A stretch of DNA of 64,000 nucleotides from Octopus sinensis (taxonomy: Eukaryota): positions 15,810,001 to 15,874,000 of the forward strand of contig NC_043005.1 of the NCBI RefSeq assembly GCF_006345805.1, read 5' to 3'. Positions 26,203-39,165 of the stretch are shown here, one piece after another. Numbering within the stretch: the stretch's first letter is position 1; each line of letters opens with the position of its first letter. The notes under the pieces were generated by a model, which worked only from the letters and a program-made list of their open reading frames with translations, had not been told where the DNA came from and ran no database searches. Both the position numbers and the translations under genes were made by a program.

Positions 26203-26944
26203 TTTTGTTACAAGCAGTTCCTAAATCTCTTGTAATCTTTCTGGATTTTTTCATTAATTTCTTCTTCCAGTATCCTATTGTAATGCAGCTCCCCTAAATA
26301 TTTGTATCCTTCATTATTTCACAATGATCTAAGAATATTGTTTTGTGATCATCATCATCATCGTCCTCATCCTCATCATTATCATTATTATAATTTCATA
26401 TTCATTGTGCTAACAAATCCCCTTTATTTTTAAAAAAAGTTTCAGAAAATATTTTTGCAGAGTTGCAAATTACAGTTTTGCATATCTCCATGATCTGCAT
26501 CTCAATTCCAATATTTCTGACCCTAGAAAATTTGCCATTCTTGTGCCAGCAGGAACAACTAATACATCCTAGTGTTTTGTCAGTTCTTTAACTAAATCTA
26601 GAGACTTTTAAATCAAGGTAAGTCTCATTCAGTCACTTTGTAATTTCGTTCTTTGTAAATCTGTGAGTTTGTGCCAATGTTTTCAAATTGGCACAAAGGA
26701 AAAGCATGTTGGCAAAAACTTCAAAGTACCTGAAGGATTAGTTTTGGACTTTTCTCGATCTGGGATCATGATTTCTGGTATCATCAAAAGAAATACCAGT
26801 TATATACTGGATTTTATTCAAATTACTGAATCACGTCTATTTAAATTGTTAGCAATGCTATATGCTCTACAGGTCTTTAACTTTGGCCAAGAAATATTAT
26901 TGTCAGACTACTTCCATACAAAAATGAGAGAATAGTTTACTTAC

Positions 26945-26998
26945 TCTTGGACCCTGAGGCCCAGCAGGTCCAGCATCACCAGGATTACCTTCAGGTCC
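26945..26998 (-). CDS. Collagen helix exon, 54 bp
   Basis: GPEGNPGDAGPAGPQGPR; AG/GTAAG. Confidence 0.96.
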
Positions 26999-27275
26999 CT
27001 AAAAAAATAAAAAGAAAGAAGTGCTTAAATAAATTTGGAAAGGTTTTCATCTATAGGAAGTTGAAACTTGATTAAAATAGATTCTAAATTTTAAAATATC
27101 TAATTTAAAATTAAAGCAATAGTATGTAAATTTTGTAGAATTTTAATTTTCTTTTCCTTCAAATAGTCTTTTTAAAATTTTAAAAGTCTTTAGAATAATC
27201 TCATCAGATTTTTCAGAATAGTGCTTTAATAAATACACATTTTGTAACAGAGAACACAAAACAATAACTACTTAC

Positions 27276-27329
27276 TGGATCTCCTTTCAATCCTCGGGGT
27301 CCTTGAGAACCAATTAAGCCTCTTCGTCC
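27276..27329 (-). CDS. Collagen helix exon, 54 bp
   Basis: GRRGLIGSQGPRGLKGDP; AG/GTAAG. Confidence 0.96.
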
Positions 27330-27515
27330 CTAAAAGAAAAAAAAAAAGAGTGAAAATATTGCTAAAGGTTTAAAAAAATAATTTTCATAATTTTCATAGG
27401 GTAATTTTAATTATATTTTTGACTATCTGGGTTTGTAATTCCCTAATTACCAAAACTCATCAAGTCAATAAAATCTATCTATCTGTGTAACAAGGCTGTG
27501 TGACCTCACTAATCA

Positions 27516-27780
27516 TGGAGGCACATGGCCTAGTGGTCGAGGGATCGCGGTTTCGAATCTCAGACCAGGCGATGTGTGTGTTTATGAACGAAACACCTAA
27601 GCTCCACGCAGCTCCGACAGAAGGTAGTGGTGAACTTCTCTTGACTCTTTTGCCACAACTTTCTCTCACTCTTTCCTCCTGCAGCTTGCAACTCACCTGC
27701 AATGGACCGGCGTCCCGTCCAAGTGGGGAACCTATATGCCAAGGAAACTTATGAGCCAGGCATGTCTCGAGAAGGAACAA
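27516..27780 (+). mobile_element. SINE family A, tail type 3
   Basis: Family A head and core followed by ATGGACCGGCGTCCCGTCCAAGTGGGGAA. Confidence 0.8.
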
Positions 27781-28019
27781 ACCTCACTAATCAAGATTTT
27801 GATTAATTGTTTGTTTTTAGATTTTAAACACTCCTAGGAGTTTTTATTTATTAATTATAAGGATAATCTTAGTTAATCAAAATTTCCCATATGCATCATT
27901 TATATTCTTCATTTGTTATATATTTTGTTTTTCCCTTTATATGACTTTTTTCATTTTTATTCATGTTTATCATTTGTAATCTTTATTCTGATATGTTTGA
28001 CATATTAGCTCACAGACAA

Positions 28020-28215
28020 CAATCGGAACACACAGGACCAGTGGACTGTGCAATCTTAGAGTCAGAGTCAGTGACCTGGGAATCCACATGAGTAATGATG
28101 TAACATTCCATGTGTATATTACCGAGAAGGTAAGGTCGTGCAGGTGAGTGGCTGGCTGAATTCTGAGAGCTTTCAGAACCAGGAACAAGGATAGCATGTT
28201 ATTTTTTTCTTTGTT
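28020..28215 (+). mobile_element. CR1-like LINE RT fragment
   Basis: DLGIHMSNDVTFHVYITEKV..ILRAFRTRNKD, homologous to the 58387-58760 peptide. Confidence 0.6.
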
Positions 28216-28316
28216 AGAAATCAGCTTCCTGCATGTAGGAATAAATAAAGAGTAAAACACATGGATACATAAATACATGAATATACATATACACACATCC
28301 ATCCATACATGTACAA

Positions 28317-28612
28317 CCAAAATGCAAATATATGGGAAACTATCACCTGTGTCATCTCTTGTGAAAGGTAAGAGAGTCCAATTTGCTGGACATTGTTGTA
28401 GAGCTGAAAAAGAGGTAATTTCTACTCTTCTCCTCTGGAAGCCATCTACTTGCAATACCAGAGGGTGCACACTCTCCTACCCTGATGTAATCTCCAGGGA
28501 TACAGGCATCCAGCAACAGGACCTCCGTAATGCCATGATGGACCGTGAAGTCTGGTGTAGCATGGTAAATTCCATTGTCTCGACCACGGTCGAACAATGA
28601 TGATGATGATGC
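28317..28612 (+). mobile_element. RTE-like LINE ORF C-terminus with (TGA)n tail
   Basis: RVQFAGHCCRAEKEVISTLLLWKP..LSYPDVISRDTG..AMMDREVW..STTVEQ* followed by TGATGATGAT. Confidence 0.8.
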
Positions 28613-28651
28613 ACATACATATATACATACATACGTACGTACATACATACA

Positions 28652-28683
<32 letters not shown>

Positions 28684-28860
28684 GACATACATACATACAT
28701 ACATACATATATACATACATACATGCATACATACATACATACATACATACATACATACAGGCATACATACATACATACATACGTACATACATACACATAC
28801 ATACGTACATACATACACATACATACATACATACATACAAACCTACACACACACATATGC
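28612..28860. repeat. (CATA)n microsatellite
   Basis: Direct reading; also about 49170-49245. Confidence 0.95.
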
Positions 28861-28896
28861 AAATGTACATAATGTTTTAGTATAAAGATAACTTAC

Positions 28897-28950
28897 TGGA
28901 ACACCTCGGTCACCAGGTTTGCCAATTTCTCCTCGTTCTCCTTTGTCACC
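28897..28950 (-). CDS. Collagen helix exon, 54 bp
   Basis: GDKGERGEIGKPGDRGVP; AG/GTAAG. Confidence 0.96.
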
Positions 28951-29923
28951 CTGAAAAACAGAGAAACTTCATTAGTCAACTGTTTGTGTTAGTGGTCAGT
29001 GCAAATATATTTCATATATAAATAAAACCATTCTAGTCACGGCTACATGATGTACATGGGCAATGTAAGAGTATTTCAAAATAAATAGAGATATCTAATA
29101 TGAATTAAAAAGAATGGGTCATTTGAGTGTTAAATATCTTGACCATTGGCATACACCAGTGTTGTTGATTAGTTATGAATCACCAATCTGGTCATTGGTC
29201 AAGCATTCACTCATCAATTGTTCTATTATATTAGGTTGAGACAATGGATGCCTCTCACTTGCAGCACTTTCTCAATATGCCAGAAAACTTGTTTCATGAG
29301 AGAGGGAACAGTCAGTGTACTTATATCAACTTAATGGGATTTGAAGAATACTTGGACTATCAAATTGATTTAATAGCCCCAGTATTTGATATTTTATTAG
29401 TTCTTGAAGGATGTAGAGTAAAGTTAAGATGAGTGTGATTGGAAATAATAATTTTAATGGTTTAAAATTTTGGCCCAAGGTCAGCAAATTTAGCGGGAAG
29501 TGGTAAGTTGATTTCATCAATCCCAAAACCCTGAAAAGATGAAAAGCAAAGTTGACCCTGGCAGGATTTGAACTCAGGACATAAAGAGTCAGAAGAAATG
29601 CTGCTAAGCATTTTGCTGGGTGTACTAATCATAATTACTATTATTATCATAATTATTATTGTAGTTGTTGTTTAACACCGCAACTCAGTTGGAGAGTGTA
29701 ATAAGATATCAGCTGTCCACAACAAGTGAACTAAGGTAACACTCTTCATTCGGATTTTGAGAACTTTGCAGAAAATTCATGCAGTCCCAAACAACACAGT
29801 TTTCTGTACATGAACTATCTTCACATTTACCCTGACTTTTTCAATTCACTTTGTGATCTTGGTACTTATAAGGCTCCTGTAGCAACAGGTATAATACATT
29901 CATTATTATTATTATCATCATCA

Positions 29924-29980
<57 letters not shown>

Positions 29981-30131
29981 GTTTGACTTTTGCTTTATAT
30001 TTGTACAAGTTGGTTCCAAGTCTCACTCAGAGACCTCAAGAGACAACAGGTTGGAAATTCATGTTGGTGTTATGACAACATGAACAGCTGACACCGTAGT
30101 ACATCTGCAGGATTAGAAACTGTGCAAAGGC

Positions 30132-30179
<48 letters not shown>

Positions 30180-30432
30180 AATAGTTCTTTCTACTTTGGC
30201 ACAAGGCCAGCAATTTCAGGTAGAAGGGTTACTCAATTACATCAACCCCAGTGCTCAATTGGTTTTCATTTAATCAACTTTGAATGAATGAAAGGCTAAG
30301 TCAACCTCAGTGGGAAAATGAACTCAGACCATAAAGATAGATGAAATGGCCAGCTCACCACTTTAAATAAAAATAATGATAATAATAATACAACTTATAA
30401 CTAATTAAAAAAATACAGCACTTCATACTTAC

Positions 30433-30486
30433 TGTGGGTCCGCGTGGACCAGGGATACCTGGCTCTCCAGATTTGCCATCTTTGCC
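30433..30486 (-). CDS. Collagen helix exon, 54 bp
   Basis: GKDGKSGEPGIPGPRGPT; AG/GTAAG. Confidence 0.96.
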
Positions 30487-31014
30487 CTGAAATAACAAAG
30501 AAATAATAGAAATTAGGTGTTTGGAATTAGAAGAGAGATGAAGCAGGTACTTTTTGTTTTTTGTTTCATTCAATCAAGTTGAAAGGCATGCCTTTTTTTT
30601 ATTTTTCAGGGCATCTCGAAGACTAAGAGATGAAGGAAAGTCTCCTCAAATTGGAAACTGGCATGAAGTTTTGCAATAGGGTGGACTCTGCTAACAGCAT
30701 ACAAAAACCTGATGGTTCTAAAGGTCCTAATTCAAAATTTATTTCCACTACTCAGTATAAAACACACAGGTACACACTCAGATACGTGCTTTCACTCATT
30801 CTCACTTTTGTTTATTAATGGTCTTATCTCAATCCTAAAATCTAAATTCTTCACACAGATATACAATATACACAAACATACACATACATACATGCATGCA
30901 CACATACACACACATAATACTTACATACATGCGTGCTTACACAAACATACGTACATATTCCTTATTCACATCAGAATAACTAGAGAAACATAGCAATACA
31001 AGAAATATACTTAC

Positions 31015-31104
31015 AGGTGGACCTGGTAAACCTCTGTCACCAGGGAATCCAGGGGCTCCTGAAGGTCCAACAGGGCCATCAGGTCCAGGGTTTCCAGGGG
31101 GTCC
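31015..31104 (-). CDS. Collagen helix exon, 90 bp
   Basis: GPPGNPGPDGPVGPSGAPGFPGDRGLPGPP; AG/GTAAG. Confidence 0.96.
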
Positions 31105-31468
31105 CTAAAAGACAAAAATAAAGTAAGATAAGTCACTAAGTCAAACACTGAAAAGGCACTGGGCTCACCACCCATATTATTAAGGCTCTCATGAAATTAC
31201 ATTTTATATTTTCTACTAAATATACATAATAAATCATATCTTAAACTGGAGGGTTACTCTTTGTATGAAGGGTTAATTTGGAAGTATATGTTTGCCACCA
31301 TGGATAATATCAGAAAATATTGTATCTCATACATACAGGAATTATGATTTAACTTTTACCAAGTTTTTGGCGCTTATACAAAATGATGAAATGAACACTA
31401 ATTAAAAAAAAAAATTTATTACTTAGATCAAAATTAAATAAAACAAATATCTCATTTGCATATTTTCA

Positions 31469-31501
<33 letters not shown>

Positions 31502-31617
31502 ATATATAATATATATATATATATATAACTAATGTAAGATAAAATTTTTTCGGCAAAAAATTTTTATCAATGGCCAGCATATCAAAAAATACCTTTAAAG
31601 GTTAAATTTATAAATAT

Positions 31618-31887
31618 TTTACAAAATAAGGGCAACAGAAAAATTCTAAGGCCAAATATGCCGAAAAAAAGACAAAATTTCACTTATATCTCACGTATTT
31701 ATCGCTGAAGAGGGGAAAATTCTTATGAATTAACCCCGAAATTGGGACCAATAAGGTAATAACGGATTTTTTAGAAATTTCTATCGGTTTGTTTCGAGAC
31801 GCATAAATTATAATGGTTATTGATAATTTTTGTCTTTTTTTCGGCATATTTGGCATTAGAATTTTTCTTTTGCCCTTATTTTGTAAA
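31618..31887. repeat. Inverted repeat, 60-bp arms (31618-31677 / 31828-31887) enclosing a hammerhead motif
   Basis: Two mismatches between the arms by inspection. Confidence 0.9.
31695..31763 (+). ncRNA. Type-I hammerhead ribozyme motif, core intact, imperfect stem I
   Basis: CUGAAGA(31705-31711)-GGGG(loop)CCCC-GAAA(31738-31741)-UUGGGACCAA-UA; the flanks UUAUCG/AGGUAA pair with a mismatch at the first position. Confidence 0.65.
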
Positions 31888-32380
31888 TTATATATATATA
31901 TATTATATATATATATATATATACTTATATATATATATACATAATAGAAATATTAAAATTACTAAGTCTCTCTAAAAGAGATTACGACAGCGTTACTGGA
32001 AATTAATAGTTATCGCCATACTAATATGGCAATCTTATAAATATAAGACTAAAGCTGTCGATGATTAGCTCCAAGAGGCCATCGCCTCAAGCTAGCTATT
32101 TGACACACAATCTGCGTCCTTATAGACTTTATATATATATATGTGTGTGTGTGTGTATATATATAGGTTATGAGAGGTAATGGTGTCATTGAGACCCAAA
32201 GGTGTCAGGTAAGGCTGAATAAGTGCTATAGCTGGACCGCAGTTAAGTTCCAGGTTCACTGATTATGCAAATAAGGGGTTCAACGTTGGTCATATGTCAG
32301 CGTGTGTATATAAAAATTTTAATTTTGTTATGAGATAAAAAACCAAGGCTGTGTAGATTCTAAACCAATTATAGATAGAA

Positions 32381-32430
32381 AGTCTTACAGCTGTTTCCAG
32401 GATATTTATTATATCCTCTCATCGGAGAGG
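32381..32430 (-). ncRNA. Mutated hammerhead ribozyme motif (U4 to C)
   Basis: Minus strand: UCU-CCGAUGA-G-AGGAUAU(aauaa)AUAUCCU-G-GAAA-CAGCUG-UA-AGA; palindromic stem III ACAGCUGU. Confidence 0.6.
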
Positions 32431-33259
32431 ATGGTTAAGAAAAAGTTAATTTAGATAAGATATAAAATAGATGTGAGGTGGAGAATAGTATACATATAAT
32501 ATTCCAATACCTTATGAGTAAAATCTAATAGAATTTAAAATTGGTTATTCCAAGTGTAGAGTTTATGCACAGTGTTATTGAATATAGGTTGTGATTAAAG
32601 CGACCTTTTAGGCAGAATGGTATACATATAATATTCCAATACCTTATGATATTATTTTCTTAAATTTTATCAACATAATTGCAATCACGTTAAGTAAAGA
32701 CCCATCTCTGTGAAAATGCAACTCCTTCTTTAACTACTCTGTCATTTACTCCCTCTTCTACTCCTTCTTTGTCTATGATTTTCTCTCTCTTTTACTTTGT
32801 GTAGCATTCCTTTACTCATTACCAATTTTTCTCCATGGTAATTACAGTGAAAAATATTTTAACGAACCTAAAATTCATTTATCCCTCATTACTGCTTAGC
32901 ACTGGTACCATTGAATTTGTTCCATCTGGGTGGTCCACAAGTGCAATTCAGTCACTAATGTTGATTGTTTTAAGATAAAATTACAGCTTTAAAAATCTAC
33001 TCAACTTATCTTTCTTTGGTATCTCCTACTAAAGACAACTAAAGAGCCAGAAACACATCTGAGAATCCACTAGGGGAAGATACTGAGTAGATATGGTGTT
33101 TTAACACCGTTTACCATAAGTAAGAATTTTTTCTTTATGATAATGGCAATGAAATCGCCTTTAGCAGCTGAAATATGCCACAAACATATTTCAACTAATC
33201 TAAGGTTTCTTTATTTCTCTTCACTACTTAGTACAGGTACCATTGCATGATTTCTTAAT

Positions 33260-33527
33260 ATCATCATCATCATCGTTTAACATCTGTTTTCCATGCTAGC
33301 AGGGGTTGGACAGTTTAACCAGGTTCTGGGAAGCCAAGAGGCTGCGCCAGACTCCAGTCTGATCTGGCAGTGCTTCTACAGCTGGATGCTCTTCCTAATG
33401 CCAACCACTCCATGAGTGTAGTGGGTGCTTTTTACGTGCCACCAGCACAGGGGCCAGAGGAGGCTGGCAAACGGCCATGATCAGTTGGTGCTTTTTATGT
33501 GTCACCGACATGGATGCCAGTCAGGCA
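33260..33527 (-). mobile_element. RTE LINE 3' UTR fragment
   Basis: Reverse complement of the 13978-14275 type; another copy at about 37182-37430(-). Confidence 0.75.
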
Positions 33528-33599
33528 CATATATATAAACTTTTAGTTAATTATGTTCATGTGATATACCATTTTGAAGAGCAGATCTTGATCTTTTGA

Positions 33600-34400
33600 T
33601 TTATACCAATAGATTTGATTTGGTTCTGGCACTCAAATCAAACATGGAAATCAAAGTGAATTTATGATGTTTCAAATGGAATACAAAGCAGTAAAACCTA
33701 TTCACAATATCAACAAAGCATTTAGCCTGAGAACTATGAATAAATATATAGCTGAACATTGGTTCCTAAATTTTCATAGTATAAAAAAGAGCCTTGAAGA
33801 TGTATAAAGTCACAGATGGTCTTCCACAATTGACAACAAGCAACTGAGGCCCAATTCTTTGAAGTGGATTCAAGCAGAACAAACTCAAACAATTGCTGAT
33901 CATTCAAGACAATTGCTCTATACTGGAGAATCAGAATAGAACTTGAAAAATGTATATTATATATGAGCTGAATGCAGTATAATGTGCACTTCCTTTGTGC
34001 AACAAAAATGGTGCATTCCTTGATTTCATTTTTGAATATGAAAAACAATAGATTCTATATGACACCTGGTGGCATTCTGCACAGTGGCTGGACCAAGATG
34101 TAATACTAGTACACTTTACAAAATCAAAGTCGCATCAAAAGAAAGTTATCGCCACTGTTTTATAGTTTACAGGTGGAACTGACAAATGCTATTTCTTGAA
34201 TCCTGGTAGAACCAGTAGAGAAGTATAGTTTGGAAATCAAGAGATTGCACCAAAATGTGACATTCATGTCTTTAATTTATTAACAAGAAAAAAGACCAAT
34301 TCCTCTCAAGGACAAAATCTGACCATATGTCTCACAGCTTACTGCAGAAATTAAACAAACTGGGCTACAAAACTCTACTTTACTGACTCTCCAGACGCTT
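33600..34400 (+). mobile_element. Decayed mariner transposase remnant
   Basis: Fragments across frames: EHWFLNFHSIKKSLED, SAQWLDQDVILVHFTKSKSHQKKVIATV, LQKLNKLGYKTL; TIRs not located. Confidence 0.65.
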
Positions 34401-34539
34401 GTCTGATGGGAAATAAATGTAAATTAATGATGTGTGTTGAGATGTTTCACAGGGTAAAATGCTCATATCTGCAAGGAAGATAACCTCCAACACAGTATAT
34501 CGCAATTGTTTTATGAAAGATCAAATGAGAAAATGAGAA

Positions 34540-34540
<1 letters not shown>

Positions 34541-34613
<73 letters not shown>
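34541..34613. repeat. (GA)n microsatellite
   Basis: Direct reading; another at about 23218-23282. Confidence 0.95.
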
Positions 34614-34615
<2 letters not shown>

Positions 34616-34899
34616 TATAGATGTGTTTGCTAGTTGGTGTTGTGTTTCAAACCTTATCAGTCCTAATTGAGCTGAAAAGTATTGTGTCTGTCACCATGTC
34701 ATCTTTTTATATATTTAGGACTATAATGTCCCATGTGTGCTTCTGTTTTTATGTTAGTAGTGTTTGGTTTGAGGGAGGTTTGACAGCTATGTTTTGCAGA
34801 TTGGGAGACCTGCAAGAAATAACTGCCAAATCTCTCTCAATGCCTCATGGTATATTTAGCTGTTATCATATATGTATTCATCAACAAAGCAATACTTAC

Positions 34900-34953
34900 A
34901 GCTTCTCCAGGGGTTCCAGCATCTCCAGGTAGACCAGTATCTCCAGGTGGGCC
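34900..34953 (-). CDS. Collagen helix exon, 54 bp
   Basis: GPPGDTGLPGDAGTPGEA; AG/GTAAG. Confidence 0.96.
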
Positions 34954-35185
34954 CTATAGAATAAGATGTAAATGATCATGAGTATTATACAAACTGATTA
35001 TAATTATGATGGCGAAAATGATAAAAAAATATATTACTGTTGTTATGGGTAGTGAAGGAAGCCTTCATAAACAACAAAATATAATATTCCTAAGTGCCAT
35101 GACATGATTCATCATGTAAACTTACAGGGTCAGATGGTCCCTATAGAAGACCTTTCAGTTATCATACAGTAATTCAAGGAATATA

Positions 35186-35580
35186 TCTTTATATATAAAA
35201 GTGAGGTTGTGTGCTGTCTGTCTCCTACGATTTAGATTCCTAACTACTCCCACATTTTGCGGTGCATTTAACCAAAACCGGGTATCTTATAGTCGTGATT
35301 CATATCGAGCCCTTCTGGGTATTAGCGCACGTCTACGATGAGTCTATGATTTAAAAAAAAATTTACCATCAATTTTTCCCATTTTTAATGCATTTTTGAC
35401 ATATATAAGGGAAGTAACTCTCTAAAAATTTATTATTAAATCTCAGAACGTAAAAAGCTACAGTAACACCCCCCCTTTGTGGTTAACCATATTGAGAATG
35501 CTATTATACTTTACATCTCTAAAAATGCTTATATAGTTATTTCCCTTACAAACCCGAGCAACGCCGGGCGATACTGCTAG
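35186..35580 (+). mobile_element. Non-autonomous Helitron
   Basis: A|TC start, subterminal hairpin CCCGAGCAACGCCGGG, CTAG|T end, no TSD. Confidence 0.8.
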
Positions 35581-35924
35581 TATATATATATATATATATA
35601 ACAGATCAGGATTCTGGTAAATCAAACACTTAAATGGTGAAACATCATATTGGGTCGAAGAACAAAATGTGTACACAACAAAAATAGTGGAATACAGGCA
35701 GAAATAGTGGAAGTACAGGCAGAAAGGTATTCATGTTATGTATATGATTAACTTTACCTGACTGAGAATATCAACAGCCCTGAGGCTAATCAGGAAATGC
35801 ACATTGCACTAAATGTACGTTTCATAATATACATGAGTCTTATGACCAGTAATGGTCATAGAATCATTGAAGGTGCACAAACTGTTGGCTTTTAAATGTT
35901 TTTGAATGTTATGATTCCTGTATT

Positions 35925-36000
35925 TTCACCTGAGGAAAACGGTTTTTTACAAATGATATAATTAACCAATTAAAAATTCATTGGAAATAGCTGTAGTGGA
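35925..36000 (+). ncRNA. Hammerhead ribozyme motif with expanded, irregular stem II
   Basis: UUCAC-CUGAGGA-(47 nt)-GAAA-UAGCUG-UA-GUGGA; stem I is 5 bp including one GU pair. Confidence 0.55.
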
Positions 36001-36055
36001 CTGACACATTGTCTATCTGTTGTTTTATATATATATATAATATATAAATAAATAA

Positions 36056-36131
<76 letters not shown>

Positions 36132-36724
36132 GGAGTTAAACGCAGGTGTTATACAAATTCTTTTACTCCCGACACATGTTTCGAAGATATCATTGGTATT
36201 ATTCCAAAGGAATAAAATGGTGTAAAACAATGTAGTTTTTTCTTCAAATGAAGAAATGAAACTCGTCAATAAGACATTTGAACAGAAAATGATGGACATG
36301 TATAGTGATTAACTGAACGCTATTAAGTTTGTTTAAAAAAAATGTTATAGGATATAACATCAAAGGTAGCCTATAGAAAGAGGAGGGATAAAGGAAAGAA
36401 AAATTAAATAAATGAGAAATATATAACTATATGTATATTAATTAAAACCATACAGACTTAGAAAAAGATATATCTAGTGAATGTGAAATGTAAGAAGAAA
36501 ATTAATGCTTAAATTATATATAACGATAGATATCACTTATATGAACTAAAGGTGTGATTCTGCCAATGTTTACATCGTTATGCATGCTCTATAACCGTGT
36601 TTAACTCCATTTATTTATTTATGTATATTATAAAAAATATTTCACGTTATCCTGAAGTTTCTACCTTTAAAAACAAGGAGTTACTATGTATGTATATAAG
36701 TGTGTATGATAAATTTCTACTTAC

Positions 36725-36778
36725 AAGATTTCCAGGTGGTCCAGGATCTCCTGGTGGTCCGACATCTCCAGGTGGGCC
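36725..36778 (-). CDS. Collagen helix exon, 54 bp
   Basis: GPPGDVGPPGDPGPPGNL; AG/GTAAG. Confidence 0.96.
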
Positions 36779-37610
36779 CTACAAAAATATATGGAAAGAA
36801 CATGTCATTATTAACATATAAATCATACAGGTCATTTGTCATTTTTACAGCAGATATTCATAACCCTATAGCAGTATATATAAACAAATAGCACACGACC
36901 TATCAAGTTGGTGTATATGTGATAATCCAAGATAGTAATTTCTATGTAGGTGTTGATGCACTGCATTCTGTCATTGTCTGACTTCACTGCAGTCTGCCTA
37001 CTGTTTTCATTAAATGAGCAAAAACATTTAATTACATTTTAATTACATTAAGTCTATTCCTGTAATGAGGAGAAGAAAGCATAAGATGAAATACAGGGGT
37101 AACAACTCTAAAATCTCAGGTATTTAAAACCGGTTGATAATTATGAAAATTTGGTAAATTGAAATGGTATTACGCTTACAGTCATCATCATCACCATCAT
37201 CGTCATTTAATGTCCGATTTCCATGCTGGCATGGGTTGGACGGTTTGACTGAGGACTGGCAAGCCAGAAGGCTGTAACACACTTCAATCTGATCTGGCAA
37301 GGTTTCTTAACACCAACCACTCTGAGAGTGTAGTGGGTGCTTTTTACATACCACCAGCACCAACTACACTTGAATGGTGCTTTTTATGTGCCACCGGCAC
37401 AGGAGCCAGTCAGGCAGCGCTGGCAATGACAGATTGGAAAAATAGCCCATGAGCCAACATTAAGTTAGTAAGGACTTTTGGTAAGTGTAGTTTTTAACTC
37501 CAAAGAAAAATGTCTTAAGTATGAAAAATATTCTATACAACTACTTCTCCATTCTTCTTACAAACTTAGGCAAACCAGTTAAAAGTAGTATTTTGATTAT
37601 TGATACTTAC

Positions 37611-37664
37611 AGTTGGACCCATCACACCAACAGGACCAACAGCTCCAGGTGGGCCTGGTGGACC
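37611..37664 (-). CDS. Collagen helix exon, 54 bp
   Basis: GPPGPPGAVGPVGVMGPT; AG/GTAAG. Confidence 0.96.
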
Positions 37665-38602
37665 CTGAAAGGAAAGAAAAAAGAAATTTGAATATTATGA
37701 TCATCATAAAATATATCTGAACATATTTAAGATACACATATAACATTTATATTGTAGAGTTAGTTTTAATATCAATACTATATTATATCAATACTGTTTT
37801 AATATCAATACTGTATTATATCAATACTGTATACTGATACCTATAACCATATAAAACAATGTTCTAATTGTTATTGTTTTGTGAACTCTGACCAATCAAA
37901 GGCATTTCAGGCATGACACCAACTCATCATTTAAGACTATTCAAAGTGTTTCTCCCTTATTTAAAATGCAAGGATACAATTTGAGGAAGAACTGACTTCT
38001 ATTTTTAGGAGGTCAATTGACCATGTAGAGGCTTCTTCTATGGCTTAATATTATAATTAGTTTAAGATGCAATGTGTGATATTCATTACTGAATGAGATC
38101 TGTAGCTTGATAATTGAAATTTCCTGGTTGTTTCATACCATTCTGTTTTAATTCTGATTGAGCTTTGCAAAATAGCAAACTGTCATTTAAACATACCCTG
38201 TACTCATTTAATATGGGTTTTTGTTATTTACTATTTGTCTGTTTTTCATATAATCATTTATTTATTTTGTGCAATTATTCTATGTAACATTAAAATTTTT
38301 AATGTCTTAACATTAAGACATTTTATTGTTATTTCCCTCACATTTTCAAGTACATTTTATGTTTTTATTGAATGTCTGAATGGGCATACAAGGTGGCAGA
38401 ATCATTACTGCACAGACAAAATGCTTTGTGGCTTTTATTTCAACTTTGATGTTCTGAGATCAAATTCTGCTGGGATGAACTTTGCCTTTCATTCTTTTGG
38501 GATTGGTAAAACAGGTCCAAGTTGAGCTCTTGGGTTGATTTAATTGATTTGTCCCTTCTCCCAAAATTTCTTGCTTTGTGCCAAAATTTGAAATCATTAT
38601 TA

Positions 38603-38633
<31 letters not shown>

Positions 38634-39165
38634 GAGTGAGAGAGCAGGGCATGCCTTCAAAGTGAGGGTAAAATATACGAAGCCCAGTATACTCATCATG
38701 ACTACTCATCTGATAAGGGTACACCCAGGCACATGCATCACAACCATATGTGCACAACATGGTGATCTCATATCAAGATAAACATTCATTTTGAGCTAAC
38801 TATGGACATTTTGATATAATGTGAGCTACAGTCTTATCTGCACCATTGCACATTATTATTGCTGTTATTGTTGTTGTTATTAATATCAGCTTGGCTGACC
38901 TTAGCATACTTCAACAAATGTTTTGTTCCTGAATTCCATAGATATGTACAGTTGGTCTTGTCTAGTTCTTCAATGCCACGCAGCAGTATCTATCACTGAA
39001 GAGGCACAACCATGCCAAAACGCTGGTGTCTGATAGTCTGTTGATATCTCTGGAATTCTCAGTTACTTTTGCAGGTGTATGTTCTGATGTGATGGGAGTC
39101 ATTTCATTTTGTTTCAGAGTCAATAGATTAACTATCAGTCAGGCACTGATACTCTCATAATCTAA

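Noticed and set aside
36155-36260. Minus-strand TTGAAGA...CTTCGAAACATGTGTC, a hammerhead-like motif
   Set aside because: C3 is mutated and there is no stem I complementarity.
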